From positions 706,697-770,696 of the forward strand of contig JAAOMT010000046.1 in NCBI GenBank assembly GCA_016748015.1: a stretch of 64,000 bases of DNA. The letters are read 5' to 3'. Below, piece by piece: positions 1 through 13,586 of this stretch (position 1 is its first letter; each line of letters begins with the position of its first letter). The DNA is from Geosiphon pyriformis uo1. Taxonomy: Eukaryota > Fungi > Glomeromycota. The position numbers were made by a program, and so were the translations under genes. The notes under the pieces were generated by a model. That model searched no databases and was not told where the DNA came from. It saw nothing but the letters and a program-made list of their open reading frames with translations.

Positions 1-1353
1 TATCAATAACTACATCAGTACCTATTGACACTATGTTTCAAGGAGATATTATCTTAACAGGAACAAAGTATCATATAAAAACAAGCCTGAAATTATTTTA
101 TTCAAGACAACCAACTATATTGATAAGAATGCTGAAACCACTTCACCTCACAATAACTAATTAAGGATAGTGAAAAAAAAACTATACTATATAAAATGCA
201 CTCAGATCCGACATTAGGACACTTTAACAAAGATACTACCCTTAAAAGAACATTAAACTTATACTATTGGCCAATAATATACAAAAACATTTTCGAATAC
301 GTGCTCAATTGTAATGCATGCCAGCAAAGAGGAGAAGCAAGATCAACAGAACCACTTCGACCTATTCCAGTTGGAAATCTATTTGATAGAATTGGGATTG
401 ATTTGGTTAGTCCTCTCTCAATTACATCCAAAGGAAATCAGTATATCGCTATAGTCATTGATTATCTTACAAAATGGCCAGAAGCCAGAGCAATTCAAGT
501 GGCTGATGCCAAAACAGTAGCCGAGTTTGTACATCAAGACTTAATTTGCTGACATGAGTGTCCGAAAGAATTGTTATCTGATCAAGGAACACATTTTGTT
601 AATAATATGCTAACAGAATTAAGCCAATGGTTTGGTATAAAATGTCCTTTATCATCACTATACTACTCATAAACTAACAGACTGGTAAAACAGTTTAACC
701 GAACACTGTGTGAAGCACTAGCAAAAATAAGTTAAGAAAACGAACAAGAATGGAACCTATTCATATTTTCAGTACTCTTTGCATACTAAACACTAAAGCA
801 AAATATGACACACTTCACACCATTTAAACTAGTCTATAGAAGAAAAGCTATATTACCTATTAAACAAGAAATATTGTTCTACTCAACAGAAACAATTACT
901 AAAGAGAATTTTAAAGCTACCTTGTACCACAGAATGTATCAGCTAATAGAAACATTAGAAAACAATCGAAAAACAGCAGCTAATAACATTAGTAACACTC
1001 AAGAACAACAAAAAGAAAGACATGATAAACACCTACTAGAACAACCAATGGAATTCAAGATTGGAGACCAAGTACTGTTATATTGTATGAAAGCTGAAAA
1101 ACAGTGGAATGAAAAGTTTGACCCAAAGTGAGATGGTCTATTTCATATACACGAAGCATTAGGAAATGGAGCTTACAAATTACGATTAGAAGACAAGATT
1201 TTAAAGAAAGTAGTGCATAGAAATCAGTTAAAAATTTATCATGCAAAACAGAAATCATCATCATCAATACCTCAACTAGGAACACAAATTTCATTAATCA
1301 GACCAGAAGATATACCACGAGATCTAAAACCAATCATCATTATCGAAATGTAG
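1..1353 (+). pseudogene. Gypsy integrase (Zn finger, DDE core, GPY/F-like C-terminus), multiple stops
   Basis: MHSDPTLGHF...CNACQ; RIGIDLV; DYLTKWPEA; SDQGTHF; KFDPK*DGLFHI. No chromodomain seen. Confidence 0.9.
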
Positions 1354-1433
1354 ACAATAAGCAGCAAATTAAATTGGAGAATTCAAATATATATAGCATC
1401 CAAAAAGCAGCAAAAAATGATAGAAATTTTAAC

Positions 1434-2167
1434 ATGGATCTTTCAGATCAAATTTTAAATTATCTAAACAATTATTTGAAACAATTCAAAAGTTGACATC
1501 TCAAATAGAAATAACAATTGATAAAAAAGAGATATAATACAAAAATAAGAGCAGGAGAGAGGAGGACAAGAGTTCAATTAAAACTAAACGTTTTTTCCTT
1601 TACCTACCACCCAAAAGGCAATGTTGGAGAAAAAATTGCCTTCAGGCAGAAGATAGAAAAGAAGAAGACAAAGAATGAGAAAAATGTTACAAAAAAAGAT
1701 ATTTGGTCTCCGAGCTCAAAGAAATAAAACAAGCTTTAGTTCATGGAACCAAACTCTCCGAAACAGGGAAGTAGACACTTGACAATGCTCAGGAATGGAA
1801 AAAAAAACTTTCTCCAGCTTATTGGTTCTACAAAATTAGAGAACAGCTTGACTTGAAAACACCATATGAAGACCTCAACCAGAAAATGTTCAACAAAGAA
1901 GCAATACAACAAGTAAAAAAATTCATAGGAAAAAACAACCTGACCCTATATTACAAAGCAGCATACTAACTATATGCCGTTTTCTAACATTGCCCAAATA
2001 TACTACTGAATAGATCTATGAAAACCATAATGGTTAACAACATAGGATGAATAACCAATCAACAGTTCAAAGACCTACAAAAGGCAATACTTGAGGCAAC
2101 AATCAAATATTACACAAATGAAGCCACAATAACAAATACATATAGTTTTGCAGGAGCTTAATTTTAA
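1434..2167 (+). pseudogene. ORF3 of family A (unknown function, downstream of pol)
   Basis: Disrupted frame MDLSDQI...KKRYNTKIRA...KFIGKNNLTLYYKAAY...FAGA, homologous to 60993-61722 and 51503-52157. Confidence 0.7.
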
Positions 2168-2181
2168 AAAGAAAGAGATAA

Positions 2182-3263
2182 TGTTATCCAAGTAGAAAAA
2201 CCAATCCAAAGTTATAAAAAAACGTGACCAAAACATAACATAACACAGAATAGCATGCAATAACATTGGATAACACATTATAATGTAGGATAACATGTTA
2301 TAATGCAGAATAACACAGAATAGCACATAATAACATAGGATAACGTGTTATAACACAGAATAACACAGAATAACATATAATAATGTCAGATAATGTGTTA
2401 TAATATAGAATAACTAGTGATAATGTAGAAAAATGAAGCAATAACAGAAATAACAAAACAATAGCTAGTGATAGCAAGACAATTGAAAGCAATCCTGTAA
2501 AACCAAAAGAATGTATAAAAGCAAGTAGTTGTAGAAGTGAAAAAAGACAGACAGATAGATATAAATCTTTAGACAAAAATTAAATATTTATACCCTTTTA
2601 TCATTTATTATCTTCCTTATTTCATCTTCTAAAATAAACCAATTATTAAAGAAATCAGAATCACAAATTTATGTTCTTAAACTTCGTGGAATTTATGTGA
2701 ATTAACCCTTGTCTTATACCTTCATTCTAGGACAGATGCTCTTAACATAACCACTTCAAACTCTTAATAATTTGGACCAATTGCTCTTGATCACAGCAAT
2801 TGATGATACTAATTTATCTTTTCTTTCTTTTCTTTTCTTTTCTTTTCTTTTTCTTTCTTTTTCTTTCTTATTTTTTTTGTGGAGTGACAACATAGTAAAA
2901 TTGACTGTCTGGAAATAGACTTCGTGATAGCCTGGTAAAAAAAAGAAGCTCCTCCTAAGTTTTGGATATTAACATTATTTTGTTAGCTTACCAGAAGGGC
3001 AAAAAGACAACACCAGACCTTAACGATTGTGCTTGTTAGCTTGGAGAAGAAAGTTCACATTTACAGAAAATGTTGCAATTGACAAAAAACAAACTTTGTG
3101 CCTTATAACCAAAAAACTCAACAGGTAAATTTACATCCAGGAATAAACCTTCAGAGACTGATAATCAAGACTAAGCCAATAGAATTACACAGAAGATGCA
3201 TTATCAATAATTGAGAGTACCAAATATTACCAGTTCCATTACTCACCAAGTTTACTCATAATA
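2182..3263 (+). repeat. Family A LTR (3' LTR of A1), 1082 bp, with an ATAACACAGA-like tandem array at about 2236-2420
   Basis: TGTTATCCAAGTAG...TTTACTCATAATA; homologous to 12344-13313, 21424-22445 and 60107-60978. Confidence 0.9.
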
Positions 3264-6200
3264 CCACTTTTATGTTGAAAGTTTGTCAGTTGAGATCTTT
3301 ATATAGTGTTTTTAATCCTAGTTGCTTACCAATCTTATAGAACTAGTAGACTAATAAAAGTTTTTCTTTTCATATTTTGGAAGTTTTTGGTATCCAATCT
3401 TCTATTATTGGTTTTTCAATTAGTCTGCTTAAAGCTTTTTTAATTTTTTTAAGCTTTACTTAACACATATTTTTTTCTTTCTTTTTATTCTTAAATTATT
3501 TATAAGAATAGAAATATTCAGTTCTAATTGAACTTTCACCTACTTTTTTTCTGTTTTTGTTTCTGTATTGTATTTTTTTATTATTAATTGTGATTTCTAT
3601 TTGGGTTGTAGATTGTTGAATTGCCTCAAATAGTTGTTTTGAAAGTTTTAGGATTTGATTTGAGAGATTTATATTGAGAGTTTTATTATTTTTATTGCTG
3701 TTTTGGCTGTTATATATACTTAAATTTTCTAATTAAATAATTGTATGTCAATTATGTTTTAATAACAATGATTGGTTTCAGATCTTATAATATATTTTTT
3801 GGTTTAATTAATAGAATTTGTGTTTCTAATTGTGGTATAAATAATGATGTCTTTTGGTTTATATGATAAATTTTCAATCAATTTTTATACATTACTTTAT
3901 TAAAATTCTGTCTTTCAATTTTAATTTGTAAGCTCTATTGCTTAAAACTTTGTGTATGTAAAATAGACTATCTCACTTTGGGTTAAACTTTTTATTCTAT
4001 TGTTTTTTAGTTTTTGTATAATGTAATAATACTTGGTCTTCAATCTTGAATTTGATTGATTGGTTAGATAAGCAATTATTATGTCTTTTTTTTTGTTGTT
4101 CTTAAGCTTTACTAATATTGTTAACTGCTATTCTATAATTGTTTTCCAATGTTTCTATAAGCTGGTATGTTCTTTGATATAAGATAGTTTCAAAATTTTT
4201 CTTAGTGATTGTTTTTGTTGGAAAAGAAGGTATTTTTTGTTCAATAGGTAAGATAATTTTCTTTTTATAGACTAGTTTGAATGGTATAAACTGGGTAGTA
4301 TTTTGCTTTAATATTTAATATGCAAATAATATAGAAGATATAAATAAATTCTATTCTTGTGTATTTTCATAACTTATTTTTGCTAATGCTTTATACAGTG
4401 TTCAATTAAATTGTTCTACCAGTCTATTTGTTTATAAGTAATAAAGTAACAATAAGAGTTATTTTATTCCAAATTGTTGGCTTAGTTTAATTAGTATACT
4501 ATTAATGAAATATGTTTTTTAATCAGATAATAATTCTTTTGAATATCCATGATGGCAAATTAGATCTTGGTATATAAACTCAGTTATTGTTTTAATGTTA
4601 GCCACTTGGATTGCTCTGGCTTTTGGTCATTTGATAAGGTAGTTTACAACTACAGCAATATAATAATTTTTTTTTAATATAATTGAAAGAGAACCAACCA
4701 AATTAATTCTTATTTTATTAAATAAATTTTCAACTGAAATGAGTTGAAGTGATTTTATTGTTTTGGCTCTTTTTTTTTATTGGCATAAATTACAGTTGAG
4801 GACATATTTAAAGATATCTTTATATATTATTAGCCAATAATATAAATTTATAGTTCTTTTTAGAGTAGCATTTTTGTTAAAATGTCTTATGGTTGGGTTA
4901 AAGTACATACTATGCAAAACAGTTTTTTTTTTATTGTTTTTTATAACTTATTGTAAGATGGTACAGTTTTGGCATTTTTGATAATATAATTGATTGTTTT
5001 AAATAAAGTAATTACAAGCTTGTTTTTATATACTATTTTGTTTCTGTTAAGATAATAGCTTCTTAAATTAAAGTATTGATAAATACTGGTGTAATTATTG
5101 TTAAGTGGTTGTATCTATGGGTTCAAGATTAGATTTGCATTATTTTCAACAAACTGTTGGCATTGGTGTTCTTAGATCTTTTTTTATAATAAACTTTGTA
5201 TAGAAATTATTGTAGATAAGTACTCTATTATGTATATCTTTTTTTCAGTTGTGGTTTACTAAGTAATCAAATAAGTCTTTTATGATTGGTATATAGATTA
5301 AATGGTTGGCAAAGATAATGTTTCCAATTTTGTATCACCTAGTAGATAATAAAACATTCTAAATCTGTTGCATTATATATTTTTTTTTCTGTGTTAATGC
5401 TGCAACTAGTATAGACAATTAGATATTCTTTATTATTTGGTCTGATTTGTAACAAAATGGCTTCTAATGCATTTTTTAAGACATCTGTAATAATGATAAA
5501 ACATTTATTGAAGTCTGAACAATATTGGTGCTTCTATTAGGTGCTGTTTGAGATAATTGAATATCTTTTGCTGTTTTTTTTTCTATAAGTATGGAATATG
5601 TTTTAATAATAAGTAGTAAAAAAGTTTTGTAATATTAGAAAAGTTTTTAACAAACTGGTAATAATATTTTGCCAGTTTTAAAAATTTTTGTAATTCTTGT
5701 AGATTAATCAGAACTGGGAAATTTTTAACTTTCTGAACTTTATCTAAGTTAGATTGTATTTTATTTTTGCTTATTACATGTTCTAGAAATTTAAGTTTGG
5801 TCTTTTCAAAGAGACATTTATCAGATTGAATTTTAGTTTAGTGCTCTGAAGGCAGTTAAAAACTTGTTGGAGATAAAACAAATAATTATTAAATGTTTTA
5901 GAAAATACATTGGTATTATTCAAATATACTATAATTAATTTTTAAAGAATTTTTATATATATAACATCCATAAGATACTGAAAAATAGTAAAAGTATTAT
6001 AGAATTCAAAAAACATTAAATTGAATTTAAAATTTTTGTCTTATGTGATAAATGTCATTTTTTTTTTGTCTTTAGAATTTATTTTAACTTGTCAATATTT
6101 ACTGATTAGGTTTAATAACAAGAATCATTTCTTCTTTCTTAAATTATCCAGAATTTTTTAAATTAGAAGAGTAAGATAACTATTTCCTTGAGTAATACTG

Positions 6201-6386
6201 TTTAACTTTTGGTAGTCTATGCAAAACTATATTTTTTTATTTTTTTTGGTAACCAATATAACTGGAAAGAACCAAGAGCTTAATAATTTTTTGATTAATT
6301 CATTATTTAACATTTATTGTACTTTCTGTTTAATTAGGTTATTGTCTGCTAGAGTTATTTAATAGATCTATTATTTAATAAATTGT

Positions 6387-7205
6387 TGTTACAGTTTAAA
6401 AATTTAATAGGAATTATAAATAATATAAATTAGCCAATCATGAAATAACACAGCAACAATTTATAAAAAGAAATGATTTACAAATAACAGCAAGCACTAT
6501 TTTACAATAACAGCAAGCATTATCATACAAAAGCAGCAAGCACTATTTCACAATAACAGTAAGCATTATTTAGAAATAACAGAAATAGAGTATTACAAGA
6601 CATTATTTTGTAAAACAATAATTATATATATATACAATAGTTTTTAATGATGAAGAATAAAACAGCTTTAATTAGAAGCAACAAATATTTAAATAAAATC
6701 TTATTCAAAAAGAATTAATAAAAAAAATAATAAATTGAATGAACATTACAATTACAAGATTAACAATAGAATTTACATACCTTCTCTAGTGAATAAAACT
6801 ATTATTTCATTTCTGAACTCTTTGAAAGAATAATCTCTAATCAAGATTATTCACATGGTTACTAATTAAATTGAAAAAGCTTTATTATATACTTAGGGAA
6901 ATTGCGAAAAGGCCATTAACATTCTATATTTTTAGATTAGAGAAACACATTAGACAATTGCAAGGATAGTCTCATAGAAGACCCCAAACAGTGGATAGAT
7001 TTCAGATTAGCCTCTGGGAAGGAGTACACAACATACAAAGACAATTAAAATTAAAGAGAAGACTTACATCACAACATCAAGAGAAAACTTTCAGTACATT
7101 ATCATTAATATCCAACACATAAAATAGAAGAACTCATGAGAGATTGATTGCAATTAAAATGGGAAATCAACAATTAAAATATACCAAAAAAACACTCCCA
7201 TAACA
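6387..7205. mobile_element. Solo LTR (family D), 819 bp, inserted just upstream of the A2 RT core
   Basis: TGTTACAG...CCCATAACA flanked by TTGT on both sides; A2 pol sequence rejoins across it; internal AATAACAGCAAGCA tandem repeats at 6480-6590. Confidence 0.88.
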
Positions 7206-7769
7206 TTGTGTATCTTTCATGTCAATCTGGTGTTTTACAATATTAGTGCATCTGAATTTATTTCCACTGGCAAAAACATCAACATATTAATTTAAGAAAA
7301 CTTTGAGTTGTATTTGTTACAACATACTCAAGTTTTCTAAATTTAGTTTAGCAATTTTTTTAGATGTAAACAGATAACTTTCTTTTGGCAGATTTTATAC
7401 TTACAAAGTAATACTGCAGAATAAGAACAGTTGTGTAAAATCCAAAATAGGCTGTGGTTTTTTGGAATTTTAAATATTAAGAGAAATAAAACCAATAAAA
7501 GTTTCTTTGAGAATTTTGATAACATCTTTAATAAGATTGTAAATAAGAATTTTGAAATGTTTATAAGTCTTAACAGGAATATATAGATTAATAATATCAA
7601 CTAGATAACAGATTTTCAGATTAGCTTTGAATAATAAGACTTGATTTTAGATCTTTTAATTCATTTTAAGAATATACTGTTAATATAAGAGAATAAAAAT
7701 GATTGTGTTGGTGTAAATAAATTCTACCTTGTTATTGTTTTTCTTTATAAAATTAATTGGTATATTCTT

Positions 7770-8165
7770 TCTTCCACTTGATCCAAACCTATTAATATTT
7801 CTAGCCATAAGACTTAGTTTTTTGTATGTAGTAACTAATGTTAATCAGGTATTTTTACAAAAGATAAAAATATAGTTTGAGCAATTTTTTTTTGTGATTC
7901 AATTGTATAGAATTTATCTAAATTGTTTTGTAGCATTACAATAATGTTTTTTGTATATTCAGCATTAATAATTTTTCTTTTTACATCAATTTTTTTCTTT
8001 ACAAGGTTAGACTGTAAGACAACTTGAACTATTGTACTAACAAAAATTTTCAAAGCTATTCTGAAATCTATTTTTACAAAGGAATATAAAACTATAACTA
8101 TCAGAAATTGTTTGGAAGTATCTTAAATTAAATTCAACATTGTTTTTATGTGCTTTTTTAGAGCA
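7770..8165 (-). pseudogene. dUTPase domain within A2 pol
   Basis: Eroded motifs: KAHKNNVEFNLRY (motif 1), IINAEYTKNI (motif 3), KKIAQ (motif 4), RNINRFGSSG (motif 5). Confidence 0.75.
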
Positions 8166-11100
8166 GATTTTTTTATTGTTGTTACTATACTATTTTAATT
8201 CTAATTCTTTGAAGAGATTGGGATAGATAAGATATTATATTATTTTAATAACATTACTTGGCTCTTAAAATAACATGTTTTTAGTATTAAACTCATATTT
8301 TTCTTCTGATTCTGGTAGTTTGATAATAGAATATAATGTTCTTAAAAGTGGATTAAATATGAAATCACATTTGTTACAATACTAAAAATAACAAAAAATC
8401 AAGCAATAATTACACAGTTTTGTATTGAAATCTGCTAGTCTCTGTTTTTGTTCTTTTTGGGTCAAAACCAGTTTTTGGTACTGGTCTTAGAATACTTTGA
8501 AGTTATTTGTAAATATGTTATCTATTTTTTTAATTGTTATTGAGGCATTTTTTATGGTGCATATTTCCTCAATAGTGGCTCTTTTTTATTTAGCTGTGGC
8601 TATTTTCCAAATTTTTTTTTTATTATGTGGTCATAAATCTAGTCAGTTTATTGCTTAACTATATATCACAACAAATAAAGTGTTTTTTCTGGTCCAGTTA
8701 TTTATTAAGATAGTGTATTAACATAATTCATTGTATGTTCCTTCTTTGTTTAGAACATTATTCCATAATCTTTTATCTAGTAAAATTTTGTTATATGTAA
8801 AACATAGTGTGTTATTCTATTTGCCTTGTCATTTTAGTTATCTATATTGTTTTACTATATAAAGTCAGCAGTAATATTTGGTAGCTGTTGGCTATACTTT
8901 GTTGTTTCCAACACAAGCACTTATTGAAAACAACTTCTTTTTACAATTAACACAGATTAATTTAGAGGGTTAATAGGGTTGTTTATTTTGATTCATACTT
9001 AAGTAAATTGGTGATAATTTGAGAGATTTTTTATTAGTCTTTTCTTTACCTTTTTTTCTCAGATAGGAAGTGGTAATAGCTCTGTTCTGTAATTGTTAGC
9101 CCACAAAACTTGGTAAGTTTTTAATGTTAGTAATAGCACTATTTCTTCAAATTTGATTAATGGTTGGTCTGAGTTTTGGTTCTGAAATGTTCACACATGG
9201 TGAGTACTTGAGTATGTTGTCTATTAAAAGTGATTTGAAGTTCTTGTGTGTTCTAATTGAGAGTAGTATAAGTTTTTGATAGCCAATTGTTTCTTATAAG
9301 GGCTTGGTATTAAGTGGTTTTTATAATAAGTATCTTATTAAGAATTTGAATTTTGTTAATTTCAAAGAGGAAATTATTAGTTTTTTTTATTAGAGTTTTG
9401 ATATTTTTATTTGTGATAATTATTTGGGTGGTAACAGCACAGTTCACTCAATAACTTAGTTGGTTTATGAGTTGTTTTATGATAATGCTACTTGCAGATC
9501 TACTATTAAATATTAATTTAATGTTTATTTGTTTTATTTTAGCATTAGTATACATCTTTATAATTGGTCTATCCTGATTAATGACAGTTCTACTAAAAAG
9601 ATCAATAGTATTTAGATTATTAATATTAAACAGAAATATAGTGACAAGAGTATTATTCTCAATAATTATAGTAAGTAGAATTGTATTGGTAAACAGATTG
9701 CTGTTTTGAGTAGAAAAATTGTTAATTTTAATTACATTTTTTCTTTCTAAAAATATAGAATTACCAAAATTTGGGATTTCAGTAAGACCAAAATATGAGG
9801 CCTGATTAGAATATTCAGTTTGTGTTTTTCAAAGTGGTATGTTGCCTCAATTTACTAGTCAGAATAGTTTATTAATAGGTTGCATCTAATTTTTACTGGT
9901 GCTTTATTATCCTTGATTGTAGTTAATTGTTTGAAATTTGAGATGGTTATATAAAGGAGCTTGATATTAAGGTGTTATTTGCATTATTGTTTATGGTAAC
10001 TAATAATAATTTTGGAGTGGTTGATATAAGTACTATAATGGCTAATATTGAAATCCTATAACTTGAGGATATTTTTGTTGTAGATATTGGTTTCCTTGGT
10101 TTTGGTTTGCTACTTTCTTTTAGCAATTCCAGACAATATGTTTAAATTTCTAACAGTAGTAACAGTTGTAAAGATCTGATTTCCAAGATTGTTGTTGTTG
10201 TTATTAATTCTGTTAGTGCTGATATTAATTGTTGTTGTCTCTATATTGTGGTGACTAATAGGTTCTTGTAGTTTCAGCTAAAAATTTTTCAATTTTCTAA
10301 GTTAATTTCTTATTTAATTGGATAAACTTGGTGTCAATATCTGAAATTCTATTTATGGCCAAATTAATGACTTGAATATAATTGGCTTTTTTGTTTCACT
10401 GACTCAAAATCACAAACCAGAATGATGGTATCTAATAACATGATCAATTAGTAGGGTCTTATGGATTATAGGGTATTGTTTCTTAATTTTTTGATGAATT
10501 GGTTAACAATCTGCTTTGGAGTATAATAGTCTTTTTCAATTGTCTGTATCTGTTGAAAAATCTGATTAAACTATCCAAAATAAGTGATTACTGCTTTGTG
10601 GTCTTTTTATTTTATTATACTGAATTGATTTTGTAGCTAAATAAGCATATTGGAATCACAGAAGTACTATATAAAGACAAGTTTAAAAGCAGCAAAATCA
10701 GTTGGTTTCTCCTCAAAACTTTGGTACCAAAAGTCTGTGATTTCTGTTAAAAAGAAAGGCAGTACTTAAATAATTTTGATATTATTCTAATTGTTGACAA
10801 TAATTATTTTTTCAGCTTTTACTATCTAGGTGTATGTATTATCTTTTTTTCTGGAAAATTATTCCAGTCTGACAATATTTTGGTAAGCCATTATCTGAGT
10901 AATAAAAAATAGTTTACTTATTAATAATAAAAAGTTTAATAATAGTGTACTATTGTTATGGATTAAAATAAAAAGATAACAGATAATAAGAGAAAACAAA
11001 ATTATAGGATAATGAAAAAAATCAAAGAAAATTCAACTTCAAAGAGTGAATTGAATGAGTATGGATTCAATATGCAAAATTAGTCTCATAAAATATCTTA

Positions 11101-11377
11101 GTCGCTATACTTTTCAAAAAATAACCAGAAAATCTAAAGATAAAAGGATAGTTCATACTGTTAACAAATGATCACACACTGGTATAATTCTATGCCTTAC
11201 ATTAGTGCTCTTAAAATTCAATATCAAGTATTAGATATACTCTTTAATCACATTTTATTTAATAATCTTCAAATGCTGTAATTACACATTTTAGGAAAAG
11301 AGTAAGGAATAACCAATAAGTAATTTTTTATCCCAAGATGTTCAGATGCTTGAAGATAAGGAAAAGAAAATTAGCAA

Positions 11378-13322
11378 TATTACTAGTAGAATTTTAGCTA
11401 TTAATTAGCATGAAATTACTCTCATAATTCTTATTACTAATTAGCATATATTATTATTATTTCAATTATTACTTATTATTTAATCAAATTATCAAATATT
11501 ATTACTTAATCAATAATTCGATTTGTACTATAGAAATTAAGATGATCAAATTACACAATATCCTGAACTATTTAATATAGTCAAAATTCGCCAAAATTAA
11601 TAAAAATTGGCCGAAATAATTAATAGTTCAGTGAAATAACTTGTAGTTTACCAAAATGTATCTTTAATTTACCAAATTGTAACAAAGAAAAAAGTACAAG
11701 TTCAAAAACTAGTACTATAACAAATTGTATAAAAAAAAAGCTTCTTTTTTCAAGAAAATGTATTTTCTTATAGTATTTTACCATAGTATCTTACTTTAGA
11801 TATCTTAATTAAAACAAATTATCTTTTACACATTAAAAATAAAAATTAAATATTTGAAAACCAAATTCTTAAAATTATTATACTTGAAATTTTCTCAACA
11901 CAACTAATATTTTGAAATTAATTAGCTACCAATTTCAGTAATCTGTTAGTAACTCCAGGCCTAGATAGAAAACATTTTTCTTGACAATTTTATTTCTTTT
12001 ATATTTCTTTTATTTTTCTTTTATTTTCTTATTATAATTATTAGGGTAACCTACAAATGAGATTCCTGTAGAAAAGTTGACTTTTACAGCAAAGTAACTA
12101 CACAATTTTAGTGAGCTTTTAGATGAGCAATTTTTGAGAAAAAGTTGACATTTACTACAATGTAACTACATAAAGTAACTAGCACAGAATTGGTCATTCC
12201 ACTTGTAAGCCCAGCAGTTCAAATTATAGGAGATAATTTGAAGATAAATTCAGTTATTGAAGGTTCAACTGCTTCCAGAAAATGTAAAATTAGCAACAGA
12301 TAAGCATTAACAACATTCAAAAAAAGAGACCAAAAACTTTTGGTGTTATTCGAGTAAAAAAACCAATCCAAAATTATGAAAAAACATGACCAAAATGTGA
12401 CATAATACAGAATAGTATGCAATAACATTGAATAACATGTTATAACTTAGAATAACACAGGATAACGTGTTATAATGTAGGATAACACAGAATAACATAT
12501 AATAACACCAGAAAATGTTAACATAAGATAACTAGTAATAATATAGAAAAACAAAACAATTACAAAAATAGCAAAGCAATAATTAGCAATAACAAAACAA
12601 TTAAAAGCAATCCTATAAAACAAAAAAAATGTATAAAATAAATAGCTGTAGAAGTTAGAAAGACATTCAAAGAAATTTAGAAAGAAAATTAGACTTTTAA
12701 AAGTCAATTAGACTCATAAGTCATAATTATTAAATACTTTTCCTTTCAAAAATAGTTGCTATTAACTAAAATGGAATTATATTAATAAAATATCTCTTTA
12801 ATTCTTCAAATCTATGTTATTATCCACTATTTAACCTGCTGGCACAAAAGCTCTTGATTATGGCTATTAACAAAATACTTATTTCTTATTTTATTTTCTT
12901 TATTTTTTTATTTTTATTTTTTTTTATTTTATTTTTTTTGTAGAGCAGCAACATAAAAAAATTGATTGTCTGAAAATAGACTTCGTAATAATCTGGTAAA
13001 AGAGGGAGACTCTCCCTAAGTTTTGGATATTAACATTATCTTGTTAGCTTACCAAAAGAGCAAAAAGACAATGCCAGACCCTAATGACTGCACTTGTTAG
13101 TTCAGAGAAGATAGCTCACATTTATAAGAAATTGCAATCAGTGAAAGCCAAACCTTTGTGTCTTATAACCAAAGAACTTAATGAGTAAATTAACATCCAT
13201 AAAAGACCTTCAGAGACTAATAAACATCAACTCTGTAAAAAACATACAATCTTAGAACACTAAATTAAAGCACCAAACATTACTATCATACCTTATCAAG
13301 TTTACTCATAATACTGGTAACA
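11378..13322. mobile_element. Solo LTR (family C) inserted in the 3' LTR of B1, TSD GCAA
   Basis: Begins TATTACTAG (from TGTTACCAG) and ends CTGGTAACA; GCAA on both flanks; the B LTR sequence resumes exactly after it; a partial second copy lies at about 24500-24930. Confidence 0.82.
12344..13313 (+). mobile_element. Solo family A LTR inserted 9 bp from the end of solo LTR C
   Basis: TGTTATTCGAGT...TTTACTCATAATA; flanks TTGG/CTGG (4-bp TSD with one C>T change). Confidence 0.87.
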
Positions 13323-13586
13323 GCAATAAAAAAATGATTGAGATAAAAGTTATTATTTTATTTATTTTCTTTCTTTGATTCTTATATGCTTTTCTACAGC
13401 TAAGAAATTTATCACTTATATAGCTATTAAAAGTGATCAATGATCAGGTTATTGATCAGATCAATAATCAGATTAATAATCAGATCAATAATCAGATTAA
13501 CAGTCAGATTATTAATCAAGTCAATAATTACTTTCTAAAAATAGAATGGCTAATTATATGACATCAGTGGCTAATACATGTAATAA

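Larger units (their letters stand above)
1..3263 (+). mobile_element. Ty3/Gypsy LTR retrotransposon copy A1, 3' part (integrase, ORF3, PPT, 3' LTR); 5' part lies outside the window
   Basis: Integrase HHCC and core in ORFs 196-552 and 805-1131; purine tract AAAAAGAAAGAGATAA directly before TGTTA at 2182; LTR ends TAATA (from TAACA) at 3263; it interrupts ORF3 of element A2. Confidence 0.92.

Noticed and set aside
1130-1353. Chromodomain at the integrase C-terminus
   Set aside because: Only a GPY/F-like motif and a short tail are seen; no YLVKW-type aromatic cage in any copy.
2236-2420. Repeat arrays here and at 13435, 51260 and 57640 as possible CRISPR arrays
   Set aside because: Short head-to-tail units with no unique spacers, located inside LTRs, in a eukaryotic context with no cas genes.
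2800-2890. Hammerhead ribozyme or intron 3' end (TACTAAY plus T tract) in the LTR
   Set aside because: No CUGANGA/GAAA core is conserved across copies, and there is no consistent YAG acceptor after the T tract.
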